Shown: in pieces, positions 47,608 to 59,468 of the stretch | Position numbering within the stretch: the first letter of the stretch is position 1 | How the letters are laid out: every line of letters starts with the position of its first letter | Assembly (NCBI GenBank): GCA_036733765.1 | Contig: DAIMZW010000001.1 | Span: 32,239-96,238 of the forward strand | DNA length: 64,000 nucleotides | DNA from: Steroidobacteraceae bacterium | GTDB taxonomy: Bacteria > Pseudomonadota > Gammaproteobacteria > Steroidobacterales > Steroidobacteraceae | Direction of reading: 5' to 3' | Translations under genes and position numbers: made by a program | The notes under the pieces: generated by a model | The model's input: the letters and a program-made list of their open reading frames with translations, nothing else | Databases searched by the model: none | What the model was told of the DNA's origin: nothing

Positions 47608-48154
47608 GTGCGGCGTCCGCCGGCGCCGGCGGCTCCATGACGGCGCCGCAGTGTTTGCAGGTGCGCAAAGACAGGCTGCCGAAAAAGCGGTTGAATACCG
47701 GCGGAAACTGGGTCTCGATGTCGGTCAGGGCGAAGAACTCCTGATAGAGCAGCTGCTGGCAGCGTTCGCAATACCACCGCAAACCATCGAGTTCTCCGGG
47801 GCGCCGGCAACGCTCGATCACCAAGCCGACCGAGTCGGCATAGCGTTGGGGCGAATGCGGAATCCTGGGCGGCAGAAGCAGGATCTCGCCGGCGCGGATC
47901 GGCAAATCGGTGATGCGGCCGTCCTGCACTACGCGCAGCAACATGCTGCCTTCGAGCTGATGGAAGAACTCCTCCGCGGGATCGACATGGAAGTCCTTGC
48001 GGCTATTGGGGCCGCCCACCACCATGACGATGAACTCACTGTCCTGGTACACCAGTTTGTTGCCCACCGGGGGACGCAACAGATGACGGTTGGCGTCTAT
48101 CCATTGCTTGAAATCGATGGGATGGAGAGGGTGCATGTCGACGATTTCCGACAT
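47594..48154 (-). CDS. nbaC: 3-hydroxyanthranilate 3,4-dioxygenase
   Basis: It starts MSEIVDMHPL... It has the cupin motifs FHVDPAEEFFHQLEG and IPHSPQR and a C-terminal CxxC...CxxC (CERC, CKHC) site. The track ORF is over-extended. Confidence 0.9.
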   Translation of the reverse strand: MSEIVDMHPLHPIDFKQWIDANRHLLRPPVGNKLVYQDSEFIVMVVGGPNSRKDFHVDPAEEFFHQLEGSMLLRVVQDGRITDLPIRAGEILLLPPRIPHSPQRYADSVGLVIERCRRPGELDGLRWYCERCQQLLYQEFFALTDIETQFPPVFNRFFGSLSLRTCKHCGAVMEPPAPADAAHGSQ

Positions 48155-48224
48155 TGTCCGAAGCAAGGCTGATTCGCGTATGGTAAGCGTATTGCCGCAG
48201 GGTGGCGACTTTGAACGTGCGGAT

Positions 48225-48731
48225 ATGTTGAATGATCCAGTTTCGAAATGGCCGGGATCGCCACGGCCGGTAGCGGCACGGCCGGTAGCGGCGGCCGTGG
48301 CCACGGTGCTGCTGTGCGCGGGCCTTGGGGCCTGCGCCGTGCATTGGCCCTGGAGACAGCGCGCGCCGCCGGCACCACAACCGGTCCAGGAACTGTCGAT
48401 CCAGCCGCCGGCGGCGCTCACAGGCTCGGCGAGCGCTCAAATCCTTCAGTTTTGGGACCGCAACACGTTGCTGCTCGATCTCACCGCGCTGAGCGGCGAG
48501 GGCGCAGTCACGCTGACTGCAGCGGCCGCGCGCGGCTGGCCGATTCGGCTCGAGTTTCGTGTGCAGCCCGGAAGCATCGCGCGCCTGGAGGTGCAAGCCC
48601 GGGAGCGCGTCGTCTACCAGGTGCCCGCGCAAGGCGCAGCGATGTTGTTCAAACTGGCCCCCGACGCCTACGTGCACGATACGCCGCAGATCACTCTTCG
48701 ATGGAGCGCGGCTGACGGCTTCGCACGCTGA
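48225..48731 (+). CDS. Hypothetical lipoprotein
   Basis: It starts MLNDP... and has a signal peptide with a lipobox-like LLCAGLGAC. I recognise no family. Its 3' end overlaps the convergent apaH by 41 nt. Confidence 0.5.
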   Translation: MLNDPVSKWPGSPRPVAARPVAAAVATVLLCAGLGACAVHWPWRQRAPPAPQPVQELSIQPPAALTGSASAQILQFWDRNTLLLDLTALSGEGAVTLTAAAARGWPIRLEFRVQPGSIARLEVQARERVVYQVPAQGAAMLFKLAPDAYVHDTPQITLRWSAADGFAR

Positions 48732-49521
48732 CCGGCAGGGACTGAGGCGCGTCGAGATTGAGCGCTGTCAGCGTGCCGCCCCAGACGCAGCCGGTGTCGA
48801 GCGCCACCACATGATCGGCGCCGTAGAAGCCGAGCGCCGACCAATGACCGAAGACGATGCGCACACTGCTGCTGGCGCGGCGCGGGGCCTTGAACCACGG
48901 AATCCACGGCGACGGCGCCGAGTCAGGCTTGCCTTTCTGCCTGAAATCTATGCGCCCGTCGGGCGCACAAAATCGCAGCCGCGTGAGGACGTTGACCGCG
49001 AAGCGCAGGCGATCCATGCCCTCGAGCGAGGGCTGCCAGCGATCGGGTTGGTCGCCGTACATTGCCGAGAGCAGCGCGCGTGGATTGGAATTCAGCGAGC
49101 GCTGCACTTCGCCCGCGAGCTCAAGGGTCAGCGCAACGTTCCATTGCGGCACAACCCCCGCGTGCAGCAGCAGATCGCCATGCTCGGGCGCAAAGTAGGC
49201 GAGTGGCCGCTGCAGCAGCCACTCGATCAGCGCATCACGGTCCGGGGCGTCCAGAATCCCGGTCAGCGTATCGCTCTTGCGCAGCTTCTCCCCGACCAGT
49301 GCGACCGCGAGCAGATGCAGATCGTGATTGCCGAGCACGCTTAAGGCGCTATCGCCAAGACTGCGCACCAGCCGCAGCACCTTGAGCGATTCCGGGCCGC
49401 GATTGACCAGATCGCCGACGAACCACAATTGATCGCGGTCGGACCTGAAGCCGATGCGCTCGATCAGCTCCGCGAGTTCATCCGCACAGCCCTGCACGTC
49501 GCCGATGGCCCAGCGCGCCAT
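48691..49521 (-). CDS. apaH: Bis(5'-nucleosyl)-tetraphosphatase (symmetrical)
   Basis: It starts MARWAIGDVQGC and contains GDLVNRGP and GNHD. The apaG-apaH synteny is present. The track ORF is over-extended. Confidence 0.9.
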   Translation of the reverse strand: MARWAIGDVQGCADELAELIERIGFRSDRDQLWFVGDLVNRGPESLKVLRLVRSLGDSALSVLGNHDLHLLAVALVGEKLRKSDTLTGILDAPDRDALIEWLLQRPLAYFAPEHGDLLLHAGVVPQWNVALTLELAGEVQRSLNSNPRALLSAMYGDQPDRWQPSLEGMDRLRFAVNVLTRLRFCAPDGRIDFRQKGKPDSAPSPWIPWFKAPRRASSSVRIVFGHWSALGFYGADHVVALDTGCVWGGTLTALNLDAPQSLPVSVRSRQPRSIEE

Positions 49522-49546
49522 GCGCTCTAATCGCCGGCGCGCGCAC

Positions 49547-49927
49547 TCAATGCAACATTCCGGGCATGGCAAGCCGAAACGCCGGAATGGCCGCATCGAA
49601 TGTGGCGCCGTCGTCGGCCACCATCTGATAGCTGCCCTGCATGGCACCGACGGGCGTTTCGAGCACGGCGCCGCTGGAGTATCGGAATCCCTGGCCCGGT
49701 TTGAGATAGGGCTGTTCGCCCACGACCCCATCGCCACGCACTTCCTGCACGCGACCGTTGGCATCGGTGATGACCCAGTGCCGCGTCAGCAGCTTTGCCG
49801 GGACCTCGCCTTCGTTGCGGATCGTTATGGTGTAGGAGAAGACATAGCGGCGCTCGCGCGGCTCGGACTGATCCTCCAGATACGCGGTCTCCACTTCGAC
49901 GCTGATTTTGTGACTCACGCTAGCCAT
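49547..49927 (-). CDS. apaG: ApaG (DUF525) protein
   Basis: It starts MASVSHKISVEV and contains YVFSYTITIRNEG, LLTRHWVITDANG and GVVGEQP. Confidence 0.9.
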   Translation of the reverse strand: MASVSHKISVEVETAYLEDQSEPRERRYVFSYTITIRNEGEVPAKLLTRHWVITDANGRVQEVRGDGVVGEQPYLKPGQGFRYSSGAVLETPVGAMQGSYQMVADDGATFDAAIPAFRLAMPGMLH

Positions 49928-49949
49928 GCCTACTGCCGTTGTGTGCAAT

Positions 49950-50381
49950 TCAGCGCACGCGCACGGCCAGCACGTCGCAAGGCGCGCCATGCAGCACCGA
50001 ATCTTCAGTACGGTGGATCAGAATAGACAGTCCGTGCCGTTCGCGACAGCCGAGCACGATCAGGTCGCTGCTCTGCTCACGCGCATAGCGCAGGATTTCA
50101 GCCTTGGCACTGCCTACCTCGACGTTGCCGGAATTTGGCGGCAGCCCCAGTTCGCGCGCGAGGCTCTCGATCTGCGTTTGCGCCCGCGACATGAGCTGGT
50201 CGTCGATCTGCATGACCGGCACCAACGAGTCGCTCATCGGCTCGATCGGCACGAATTCGACCACGTGCAGCAGGCGTATCACGCCGTTGCCCGCCAGCGC
50301 GAGCTCGCAGGCCCGGCCCGCAACGGCGCGACTGTCCTCGGTCAGGTCGATGGCGGCCAGAATGCGGCGGTAGGCGGTCAT
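49950..50381 (-). CDS. Universal stress protein (UspA family)
   Basis: 143 aa with ILAAIDLT and DLIVLG..RHG. Confidence 0.85.
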   Translation of the reverse strand: MTAYRRILAAIDLTEDSRAVAGRACELALAGNGVIRLLHVVEFVPIEPMSDSLVPVMQIDDQLMSRAQTQIESLARELGLPPNSGNVEVGSAKAEILRYAREQSSDLIVLGCRERHGLSILIHRTEDSVLHGAPCDVLAVRVR

Positions 50382-50423
50382 GAGGGCTCCGGTCGGCTCA
50401 AGGCGAGGGCCGTAGCTTCAAGC

Positions 50424-51290
50424 TTAACGGATCATGGCGGCCGCCGCGCGCGTGGCGGCGGCCGCGTGCGCCAGCGCCCCGAACTGCACCGGGGCGAGCG
50501 TCTCGGCGCGGGCGCCCGGATCGATGCCGAGCGCGTGGATTGCCTCGGCCGGCAGATACTGCCTCAAGGCATTGCGCAGGGTTTTGCGCCGCTGCCCAAA
50601 GGCCGCCGTGACCACTTCGCCATACAGCGGTACGCGCGCCCACTCGGGCGGCGTGTCGATGACTTGCAGGCGTACCACTGACGAGTTGACCTTGGGCGCC
50701 GGGCGGAATGCCCCGGCACCGACATCGAGCAGGCGCGTCGCCGTTACGCGCGGCGCGAGCATCACGGTCAGGCGACCGTAGGCGGCGCTGCCGGGGACTG
50801 CGACGATGCGGTCGACGACCTCCTTCTGCAGCATGAAGTGCATGTCAAAGATCGCATCGGTTGCCGCGAGCAATCGGAACAGCAGCGGCGTGGAGATGTT
50901 GTAGGGCAGGTTGCCGATCACGCGCAGTCGCGCACCACGCGCGGCCGCCAGAGCGCGCCAGTCCATCTTGAGCGCGTCGGCTTCATGCAGCACCCAGTGC
51001 GGCTCGGCGGCCAAGCGCGCGCGCAGCGCTGCGGCCAGATCGCGATCGATCTCAATCGCATCGAGCTGTCCGGCCGCCGCCAGCAGGCGTGAGGTCAGCG
51101 CGCCCTGACCCGGGCCGATCTCGACGGCGGCATCGCCCGGCTGCAGAGCGATCGCGGCGACGATGCGCGCGATGACGGCCGGATCATGCAGGAAATGCTG
51201 GCCAAAGCGCTTGCGGGCGCGGATCACGGCGTGCGCGTCGCCGTCATGGCCGCTGCGCGGCCATGTCTGCGGCCAGATCGATCGCGGCAA
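50424..51290 (-). CDS. rsmA: 16S rRNA (adenine1518/1519-N6)-dimethyltransferase
   Basis: It contains ARKRFGQHFL, EIGPGQGALT and NLPYNISTP. The TTG start at 51290 overlaps pdxA by 47 nt. An alternative GTG start at 51227 lies 16 nt after the pdxA stop. Confidence 0.9.
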   Translation of the reverse strand: MPRSIWPQTWPRSGHDGDAHAVIRARKRFGQHFLHDPAVIARIVAAIALQPGDAAVEIGPGQGALTSRLLAAAGQLDAIEIDRDLAAALRARLAAEPHWVLHEADALKMDWRALAAARGARLRVIGNLPYNISTPLLFRLLAATDAIFDMHFMLQKEVVDRIVAVPGSAAYGRLTVMLAPRVTATRLLDVGAGAFRPAPKVNSSVVRLQVIDTPPEWARVPLYGEVVTAAFGQRRKTLRNALRQYLPAEAIHALGIDPGARAETLAPVQFGALAHAAAATRAAAAMIR

Positions 51291-52275
51291 TCAGGCTGCC
51301 GGCTTCGGCGCGGCCGCTGCCCGCCAGGTCAAGCGCCGTGCCGTGGTCGACCGAGGTGCGGACGATGGGTAGTCCAAGGGTCACGTTCACCGCCTGGCCG
51401 AAGCCGGCATGCTTGAGCACCGGCAGGCCCTGGTCGTGGTACATGGCCAGCACGACATCGTAGGGAGCCAGGTGACTCGGCACGAACAGCGTGTCGGCGG
51501 GTATCGGGCCATCGACGTCCAGCCCCATTGCGCGGGCCTGCGCGATCGCGGGGCCGATGATGCGCTGTTCTTCGTCGCCGAGATGCCCACCCTCGCCGGC
51601 GTGTGGATTGAGGCCGCACACCGCGATGCGCGCTCGCGCGAGGCCCCAATAGTGCTGCAGATCCTGTGACAGGATCTGCAGCACATGCAGCAGGCCTGGC
51701 ACGTTCAGCGCGTCGCTAACCGCGCGCAGCGGCAAATGCGTGGTGGCGAGCGCCACGCGCAGGTTGGCGGCGACGAGCATCATCACGGGCAGCGCCGCTC
51801 CCGTGCGCTCGGCGATGTATTCGGTATGGCCGGTAAAGGCGATACCCGCCTCGTTGATCAGGCTTTTCTGCACCGGCGCAGTCACCACGGCGCGGAATTC
51901 GCCGGCAAGGCAGCCATCGACGGCGCGATCGATCAGCGCTAGCACCGCCGCGGCGTTGGCGCGATCAAGTCGTCCCGGCACGCAGGGAGCCGCGAGCGGC
52001 TGATGCAGCAGGCTCAATGAGCCGCCTGCGTGCTCGACCTCGGCGCCTGGCACGTAATCAGGCAACTCGATTTTGAGTCCGAGGATCCGGGCCCGCTGCT
52101 CCAGCAGCGCGCGATCTCCCAGGCATACGAGCGGCCAAGGGCGCGGCTTGGAGGCCGCCGCCAGGCAAAGGTCGGGGCCGATACCGGCCGGTTCCCCCGA
52201 GGTCAGCGCGATCGCAGCGGTCGGCCTCAGAGCCGCAGCTCGACGTAGGATTCGTCGCGGATCTGCTGCAGCCAC
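51244..52275 (-). CDS. pdxA: 4-hydroxythreonine-4-phosphate dehydrogenase
   Basis: 343 aa with GEPAGIGPDL, TGHTEY, GLNPHAGEGG and RTSVDHGTA. Confidence 0.95.
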   Translation of the reverse strand: MAAADPRRILRRAAALRPTAAIALTSGEPAGIGPDLCLAAASKPRPWPLVCLGDRALLEQRARILGLKIELPDYVPGAEVEHAGGSLSLLHQPLAAPCVPGRLDRANAAAVLALIDRAVDGCLAGEFRAVVTAPVQKSLINEAGIAFTGHTEYIAERTGAALPVMMLVAANLRVALATTHLPLRAVSDALNVPGLLHVLQILSQDLQHYWGLARARIAVCGLNPHAGEGGHLGDEEQRIIGPAIAQARAMGLDVDGPIPADTLFVPSHLAPYDVVLAMYHDQGLPVLKHAGFGQAVNVTLGLPIVRTSVDHGTALDLAGSGRAEAGSLIAAIDLAADMAAQRP

Positions 52276-53573
52276 AACTCCGTGGCCTCCTCGACGCGGC
52301 TGTCGCGCAGCGCCTCGAAGGCGCGCTCGCGCGCGGCATCAGCGGTATTGTCAAAATCGCGATGCCCGAGCAACTGCATGATGTGCCAGCCGTACTGAGT
52401 GTGGAAAGGCTGGCTGATCTCGTTGACCTTGAGGCTCTCGGCGGACGCGGCGAACTCGGGCACGAAGGAATCGCCCTGCGTCCAGCCCAGATCCCCGCCG
52501 TTGACGGCCGAGCCTGCATCCTGCGAATTGGTCTTTGCCAATACCGCAAAATCCTCCTTGCCCGAGAGGATCTGATCGCGCATATGCGTCAATTTCTGCC
52601 GTACCGTCGCGTCGTCTTCGATCTCGCTGGTCCTGAGCAGGATATGGCGCAGATGCACCTGCTGAATGATCTGCGGGCCGCCGGCCGTGCGTGTGTCGTT
52701 GAGTCTCACGATGTGAAAGCCGCTGGGAGTCTGCATGAGCTCGCTGACATCGCCGGGCTTCATGCGGGCGATGACATCGGCGAGAAAGGTCGGCAGTTCC
52801 GTGCCCTTGCGCCAGCCGAGCGAGCCGCCCTCGAGCGCTGTTTCGCTTGCCGAGTAGGTGATGGCGAGCTTGCCGAAGTCCTCCCCACCACGGGCGCGCT
52901 CGTCGATCTCCTGCGCGCGCTTGCTCGCCTGCGCGAGCTGCGCGGGGGTCGCATCCTGCGCGACCGGGATCAGGATATGCGCGACGTTGTATTCGTTCGC
53001 GGCCGAGGCGGTCTTCTTCTGGTGCTCGAGGTACTGATCGAGCTCATGCGGTGTGATCGTGATGCGCTGGATCACATCGCGCGAGCGCAGGATCTGACGG
53101 GCGATTTCGCGCTTGAGCTCGATGCGATACTCGGCGTAGTCGACTCCGTCGACCGCGAGTTTCGCGGGCAGCTGCTCGAGCGTGATGTTCTGGCGCTTGG
53201 CGATGTCGTCCATCGCGGCGTTGACCTGCTCGTCCGAGACCTTGATCCCGGCGCGGTCGGCGCGTTGGGCCTGGATCTCCTCGAGCACCAGGCGATCGAG
53301 CACCTGCTGGCGCATGACATCGCTGCTCGGCAGGGCGACATTCTGGGCACGCAGCCGCGCCGTAATCTCGCGTGCCTGGTGGTCGAGTTCGCTCTCGAGC
53401 ACCAGACCATCGTTGACCAGCGCGACCACCCGGTCGAGCAGCGCTCCGTTGGTCGAGATGTCCTTGTGGGGGGCCGTATCGGCGCTCGCGCTGGCCGCGG
53501 CCAGCACGGCCAATACGACCATGGACCCACGGGCGCTGAGGTTGCCGATCGATCGAAGGTACGCTGTGGACAT
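52227..53573 (-). CDS. surA: Periplasmic chaperone/peptidyl-prolyl isomerase SurA
   Basis: 448 aa with a signal peptide, a SurA N-domain and two parvulin domains. The lptD-surA-pdxA synteny is present. Confidence 0.9.
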   Translation of the reverse strand: MSTAYLRSIGNLSARGSMVVLAVLAAASASADTAPHKDISTNGALLDRVVALVNDGLVLESELDHQAREITARLRAQNVALPSSDVMRQQVLDRLVLEEIQAQRADRAGIKVSDEQVNAAMDDIAKRQNITLEQLPAKLAVDGVDYAEYRIELKREIARQILRSRDVIQRITITPHELDQYLEHQKKTASAANEYNVAHILIPVAQDATPAQLAQASKRAQEIDERARGGEDFGKLAITYSASETALEGGSLGWRKGTELPTFLADVIARMKPGDVSELMQTPSGFHIVRLNDTRTAGGPQIIQQVHLRHILLRTSEIEDDATVRQKLTHMRDQILSGKEDFAVLAKTNSQDAGSAVNGGDLGWTQGDSFVPEFAASAESLKVNEISQPFHTQYGWHIMQLLGHRDFDNTADAARERAFEALRDSRVEEATELWLQQIRDESYVELRL

Positions 53574-53603
53574 TAAATATCCATTCGCCTCAATGGGTTA
53601 AGC

Positions 53604-55967
53604 TCAGAAAAGGGGCTGCCTGCTCGCGGAGCTGGAGTATCCCCGAATCGACTGCTCAAGGAAAGTGGTGACCTGGCTTCCGACACTCGACAGACCCGTG
53701 AGTTCCAGCTGAAACGATACGCCGCTGCTTTGCTCCCCGGTGCGCGTGCTGATCGAGCGCTGCCAGAGTGCGCGGATGCTCCAGCATGCGCCGCGGTACT
53801 GAAAACCGGCAAAATCCTCGATCCATTGCGGATGAATAGGCACCGGATTGGCTGCGGGGTTGTCGAACAGGGAGTACACGGCACGCGCGTAGGCGTCCCA
53901 GTGATTCGCGATCGGCCAGGCCACCGAACTGTCGATCTGCGCGAACTGACCGCTGCGGTAGCGATAGCTGATATTCGCCACCTCCTGGTTGCTCGCGTGG
54001 TACTGCAGGGTCAGCTCATCCTGCGCGATCCCCGAAACGGCCGGATTGGAGGCAACGTCGAGCTGCAGGTTCCAATTCTTGTAGGCACTCAGAATCAGCT
54101 CGGCGATCAGGCTCGAGGTGCTGACCGAATCGAGCGCCTGATTGGGCAGCGTCACGCGCGCGGGCTCAAAATAGATCGCCTGACCGATGGTCGCGCTCAG
54201 ATAGCGCGTGCCGCTGGTGGAATCGAACATCTGCGTGGTCAACCCGAGAGTGAGCCCATTCTCATCGCCGACGCGGTCGACGCTGACAAAGCGGTTGGGA
54301 CGGAACAGCTCGATCAGGTTCGGATCGGGGGTCGAGGAATCAAAAATCGGCAGCTGGCTCTGGTCGCGATAGGGGATGTAGACATACATCGCGCGCGGCT
54401 CGAGCGTGACGCTGCGCGTGCCACCTGAGCCGCTCAAGCGCTCGAACTCAAGCCCGCTGTCGACGCTCACGATCGGCAGGCTGCGCTGCGGGGAGCTCTC
54501 GCCCCCATCGCTATCGCGCAGCGCATATTGCGTGAATTCCCAGGCGACGTTGGGGCGCAGGAAATAGCCCGGCCCGCTGAAATCCAGGCCAACCCGCGGC
54601 ATGGCATCGAGCCGCCAGCCGCTCACGTTGGCCATCGTGTTCGGCTGCGTGTTGGACAGGTCGCAGGGGTTCGGCACGCTGCAAGCACCGAGTGCATTGC
54701 AAGGGTTGCAACCCGCGCGCGTGAAATTGACCAGCTCGGTGTCGAAGCCGGTCTGCAGCTGCGTCCACTCTGTAGGCGACCACAGCGCCGCGGCCGTCAG
54801 GCGCGGCAACTGGATGTAGGGCCGCTCATCCACCGGCAGCGTGTAATCGAGGGTCTGAAAGCCCACCATCTCGGCGCGCAGATTCCAGATATCGTCGCGG
54901 TGGCCAATGGCGATGCTGCGCGGCAGAAACGGCGTGCTGGTGCTCTCGGTGCCCTGGGTGAAATCTTCGAAATACTCGCCATCGCTGACGTTCTCGATGT
55001 TGGTGTCGATGCGGGTGTTCCAGCCGAGCTGGTAGCGATCGATCAAGCGCAGGAAGCTGCGATCGCCGCCGGTTTGCCGATCGTAGGGCATCAGATTGCC
55101 ATCGATGCTGCCGCGGTTGGACTCGGTCAGCAGACGGTACTCGCCTCCCAGATCGATGCCGCGGGTCGAATAGATCGTGGGCGTGAACGTGGCGTCCTGG
55201 TTGGGCGCGATGTTCCAGTACCACGGCACCGCCAAAAACGCGCCGCTGAGACTGGAGTTGCCGAAGTTTGGGAACAACACACCGCTCTGTCGAGCACTGC
55301 TGAGCGGGAAGGAGATCCAGGGCAGGTACAGGATCGGTACGCCTTCGAAATCCACGGTCGCACCGTGGCCGACGCCGCGTCCCGCGGCGGTATCGAGCGT
55401 GAGTTCGCGCGCGCGGATCTGCCAGTCCGATCGCGGCGGCGGGCAGCTGCTGTAGGTCACGTGGCGCAAAGTGATCACTTTGCTGGGGCTCATCGAGATC
55501 TGATCGGCCGAGCCGTGGCCCGGTTGTTTGAGCAATTCAAACTGCCCGTGGCTGAACTGGGCGCCCTGTTCGCTGTAGTGGCCGGAATCCCCCTGCAGCA
55601 GCACGACCGGATCGCGGTAGCGCACCGAACCGGTGGCGGTCAGATTGTCGGCGTTGCGATCGTAGGTCAGGTGATCCGACTGGATTTCGCGGTCGCCCAT
55701 GTGCACATCGACATGGCCAGACAGTTCAGTCGTGCCGTCGGCGCCGGCGGTGAGTTGATCGGAGCTGCTCGTGATGTCGCCTTTGAGCCCGCCGCGGTCG
55801 GTGCCGAGCAGCGACTGGACTGAATTGCCCGGGGCGGCGGCGGCCAGCAGCACGGGAGCGGTCTGCCACGGTTCGATGCAGGGCCCATCGGCGGCCTGCA
55901 CCGTGAGCGGTAGTGCGCAGCACAGTGCCGCGCCCCACAGCGCGCGCAGATGCGAGGAAGAAATCAT
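53604..55967 (-). CDS. lptD: LPS-assembly outer membrane protein LptD
   Basis: It is a large beta-barrel with an N-terminal OstA domain. The signal peptide MISSSHLRALWGAALCCALPLTVQA suggests a start at 55967. The track ORF starts at 56018. Confidence 0.9.
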   Translation of the reverse strand: MISSSHLRALWGAALCCALPLTVQAADGPCIEPWQTAPVLLAAAAPGNSVQSLLGTDRGGLKGDITSSSDQLTAGADGTTELSGHVDVHMGDREIQSDHLTYDRNADNLTATGSVRYRDPVVLLQGDSGHYSEQGAQFSHGQFELLKQPGHGSADQISMSPSKVITLRHVTYSSCPPPRSDWQIRARELTLDTAAGRGVGHGATVDFEGVPILYLPWISFPLSSARQSGVLFPNFGNSSLSGAFLAVPWYWNIAPNQDATFTPTIYSTRGIDLGGEYRLLTESNRGSIDGNLMPYDRQTGGDRSFLRLIDRYQLGWNTRIDTNIENVSDGEYFEDFTQGTESTSTPFLPRSIAIGHRDDIWNLRAEMVGFQTLDYTLPVDERPYIQLPRLTAAALWSPTEWTQLQTGFDTELVNFTRAGCNPCNALGACSVPNPCDLSNTQPNTMANVSGWRLDAMPRVGLDFSGPGYFLRPNVAWEFTQYALRDSDGGESSPQRSLPIVSVDSGLEFERLSGSGGTRSVTLEPRAMYVYIPYRDQSQLPIFDSSTPDPNLIELFRPNRFVSVDRVGDENGLTLGLTTQMFDSTSGTRYLSATIGQAIYFEPARVTLPNQALDSVSTSSLIAELILSAYKNWNLQLDVASNPAVSGIAQDELTLQYHASNQEVANISYRYRSGQFAQIDSSVAWPIANHWDAYARAVYSLFDNPAANPVPIHPQWIEDFAGFQYRGACWSIRALWQRSISTRTGEQSSGVSFQLELTGLSSVGSQVTTFLEQSIRGYSSSASRQPLF

Positions 55968-56004
55968 GTGGGCCTCATTATAATGACCGGCTGCAGCATA
56001 AGGT

Positions 56005-57740
<1,736 letters not shown>

Positions 57741-57801
57741 GCCAGCGCGGGGCGCTCGCCGCGCTATTGCGTTAAAATTGACGCAGCTGCCAGGAGCGCA
57801 T

Positions 57802-58821
57802 ATGAGCACCCTCAAAGCAATCCCTGTCGTCACCGACGCCGCTGCCGGCGCCGCAGTGCGCAGTGGCGAGAAATACCAGACGGCGCAAGGCGTTAGTGCG
57901 ATCAAGGACGGCATCAAGCCGCGCGGCGAGATCGACCGGCGCTCACTGTCCGGCAAGCCGCGCTGGCTGCGGGCGCCAATCGCGATGGGGGAGGGCTACG
58001 ATTTCGTGCGCCGCACGGTGCGCGAGCATCGTCTCGCAACCGTCTGCGAAGAGGCCAGGTGCCCGAACATCGGCGAGTGCTGGAATGCCGGCACCGCCAC
58101 GATCATGCTGATGGGCGCGGTGTGTACGCGCGCCTGCCGCTTCTGTGCCGTGGACACCGGCAATCCGCGCGGCTGGCTCGACGCCGAGGAGCCGAGCAAT
58201 CTCGCCGATAGCGTCGCCGTGATGCAGCTCAAGTACGTCGTGCTGACTTCCGTCAATCGCGACGACCTGGCCGATGGCGGCGCTGCGCACTACGCGGCCT
58301 GCATTCGTGCCATCAAGCAGCGCACTGCCTCGACTGCCGTGGAGGCGTTGACGCCCGATTTCCAGGGGGTGCTGCGCGATGTGGAAACCGTCATCGATTC
58401 CGGGCCGGAGGTATTCGCGCAGAACGTGGAGACCGTGCGGCGGCTGACCCATCCGGTACGTGACCCGCGAGCCGGCTATGCGCAGACGCTGGCCGTGCTG
58501 GCGCACGCCAAGCACCATCGGCCGCAGGTGCTCACAAAGACCAGCCTGATGCTGGGTCTCGGTGAAACTGATCAGGAGATCGCCGAGTGCATGGCGGATC
58601 TACGCGCCGCGGGCGTCGATGTGCTGACGCTCGGCCAGTATTTACGCCCGACGGTGCATCACTTGAGCGTGGAGCGATTTGTCACCCCCGAGCAGTTCCA
58701 ACACTATCGCGCCTGGGGGCTCGCGCACGGATTTCGCGAGTGCGTCGCAGGTCCGCTGGTGCGTTCGAGCTATCGGGCCGAACGGGTGCTCGCGGGCAAC
58801 AACGTGGGACTGGGCTTGTGA
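57802..58821 (+). CDS. lipA: Lipoyl synthase
   Basis: It starts [10 protein letters not shown] and has the Cys clusters [12 protein letters not shown] and CTRACRFC. The track ORF (57289..) is over-extended. Confidence 0.97.
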   Translation: MSTLKAIPVVTDAAAGAAVRSGEKYQTAQGVSAIKDGIKPRGEIDRRSLSGKPRWLRAPIAMGEGYDFVRRTVREHRLATVCEEARCPNIGECWNAGTATIMLMGAVCTRACRFCAVDTGNPRGWLDAEEPSNLADSVAVMQLKYVVLTSVNRDDLADGGAAHYAACIRAIKQRTASTAVEALTPDFQGVLRDVETVIDSGPEVFAQNVETVRRLTHPVRDPRAGYAQTLAVLAHAKHHRPQVLTKTSLMLGLGETDQEIAECMADLRAAGVDVLTLGQYLRPTVHHLSVERFVTPEQFQHYRAWGLAHGFRECVAGPLVRSSYRAERVLAGNNVGLGL

Positions 58822-58826
58822 CCGGT

Positions 58827-59468
58827 ATGCGAGCGGCTTTGGCACCGCGGGCGGCCATGGCGGGGCCTGATGTCCATTGGTTGGGTCGCGTCGCCTACGA
58901 ACCGACCTGGCGCGCGATGCAGCGCTACACGCAGGAGCGTGGTGTCGACTCGGCCGATCAGATCTGGCTGCTCGAGCACGAGCCCGTGTTCACGCTCGGC
59001 ATGAATGCCGATCCCTCGCACCTGCTCGCGCCCGGTGATATCCCCGTGGTGCAGATCGACCGCGGCGGGCAGGTGACCTATCACGGCCCGGGACAGCTGG
59101 TGGTCTATCCACTGATCGACATCCGTCGCGCCGGCTTAGGGGTGCGCGATCTGATAACCGCCCTGGAGCGCAGCGTGATCGATTATGTGGCGCAATTTGG
59201 CATCCGCGCGCAATGCCGCGCCAATGCTCCCGGGGTGTACGTCGAGGGCCGCAAGCTCGCGAGCGTTGGCCTGCGTATTCGGCGCGGTGCCAGCTATCAC
59301 GGCGTTGCCTTCAATGTCCGCATGGATCTCGAACCCTTTGGACGCATCAATCCTTGCGGTTATGCCGGGCTCGAGATGACGCAGTTGTCGCAACTCGGCG
59401 GCCCGGATGATGTGGCGGCCGTGGCGGCGGAGTTCGCGCCGCTGCTGTCGGCGAAGCTATATCGATGA
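58827..59468 (+). CDS. lipB: Octanoyltransferase
   Basis: It contains [25 protein letters not shown] and KLASVG. The start is either the ATG at 58827 or the GTG at 58818, which overlaps the lipA stop. Confidence 0.9.
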   Translation: MRAALAPRAAMAGPDVHWLGRVAYEPTWRAMQRYTQERGVDSADQIWLLEHEPVFTLGMNADPSHLLAPGDIPVVQIDRGGQVTYHGPGQLVVYPLIDIRRAGLGVRDLITALERSVIDYVAQFGIRAQCRANAPGVYVEGRKLASVGLRIRRGASYHGVAFNVRMDLEPFGRINPCGYAGLEMTQLSQLGGPDDVAAVAAEFAPLLSAKLYR

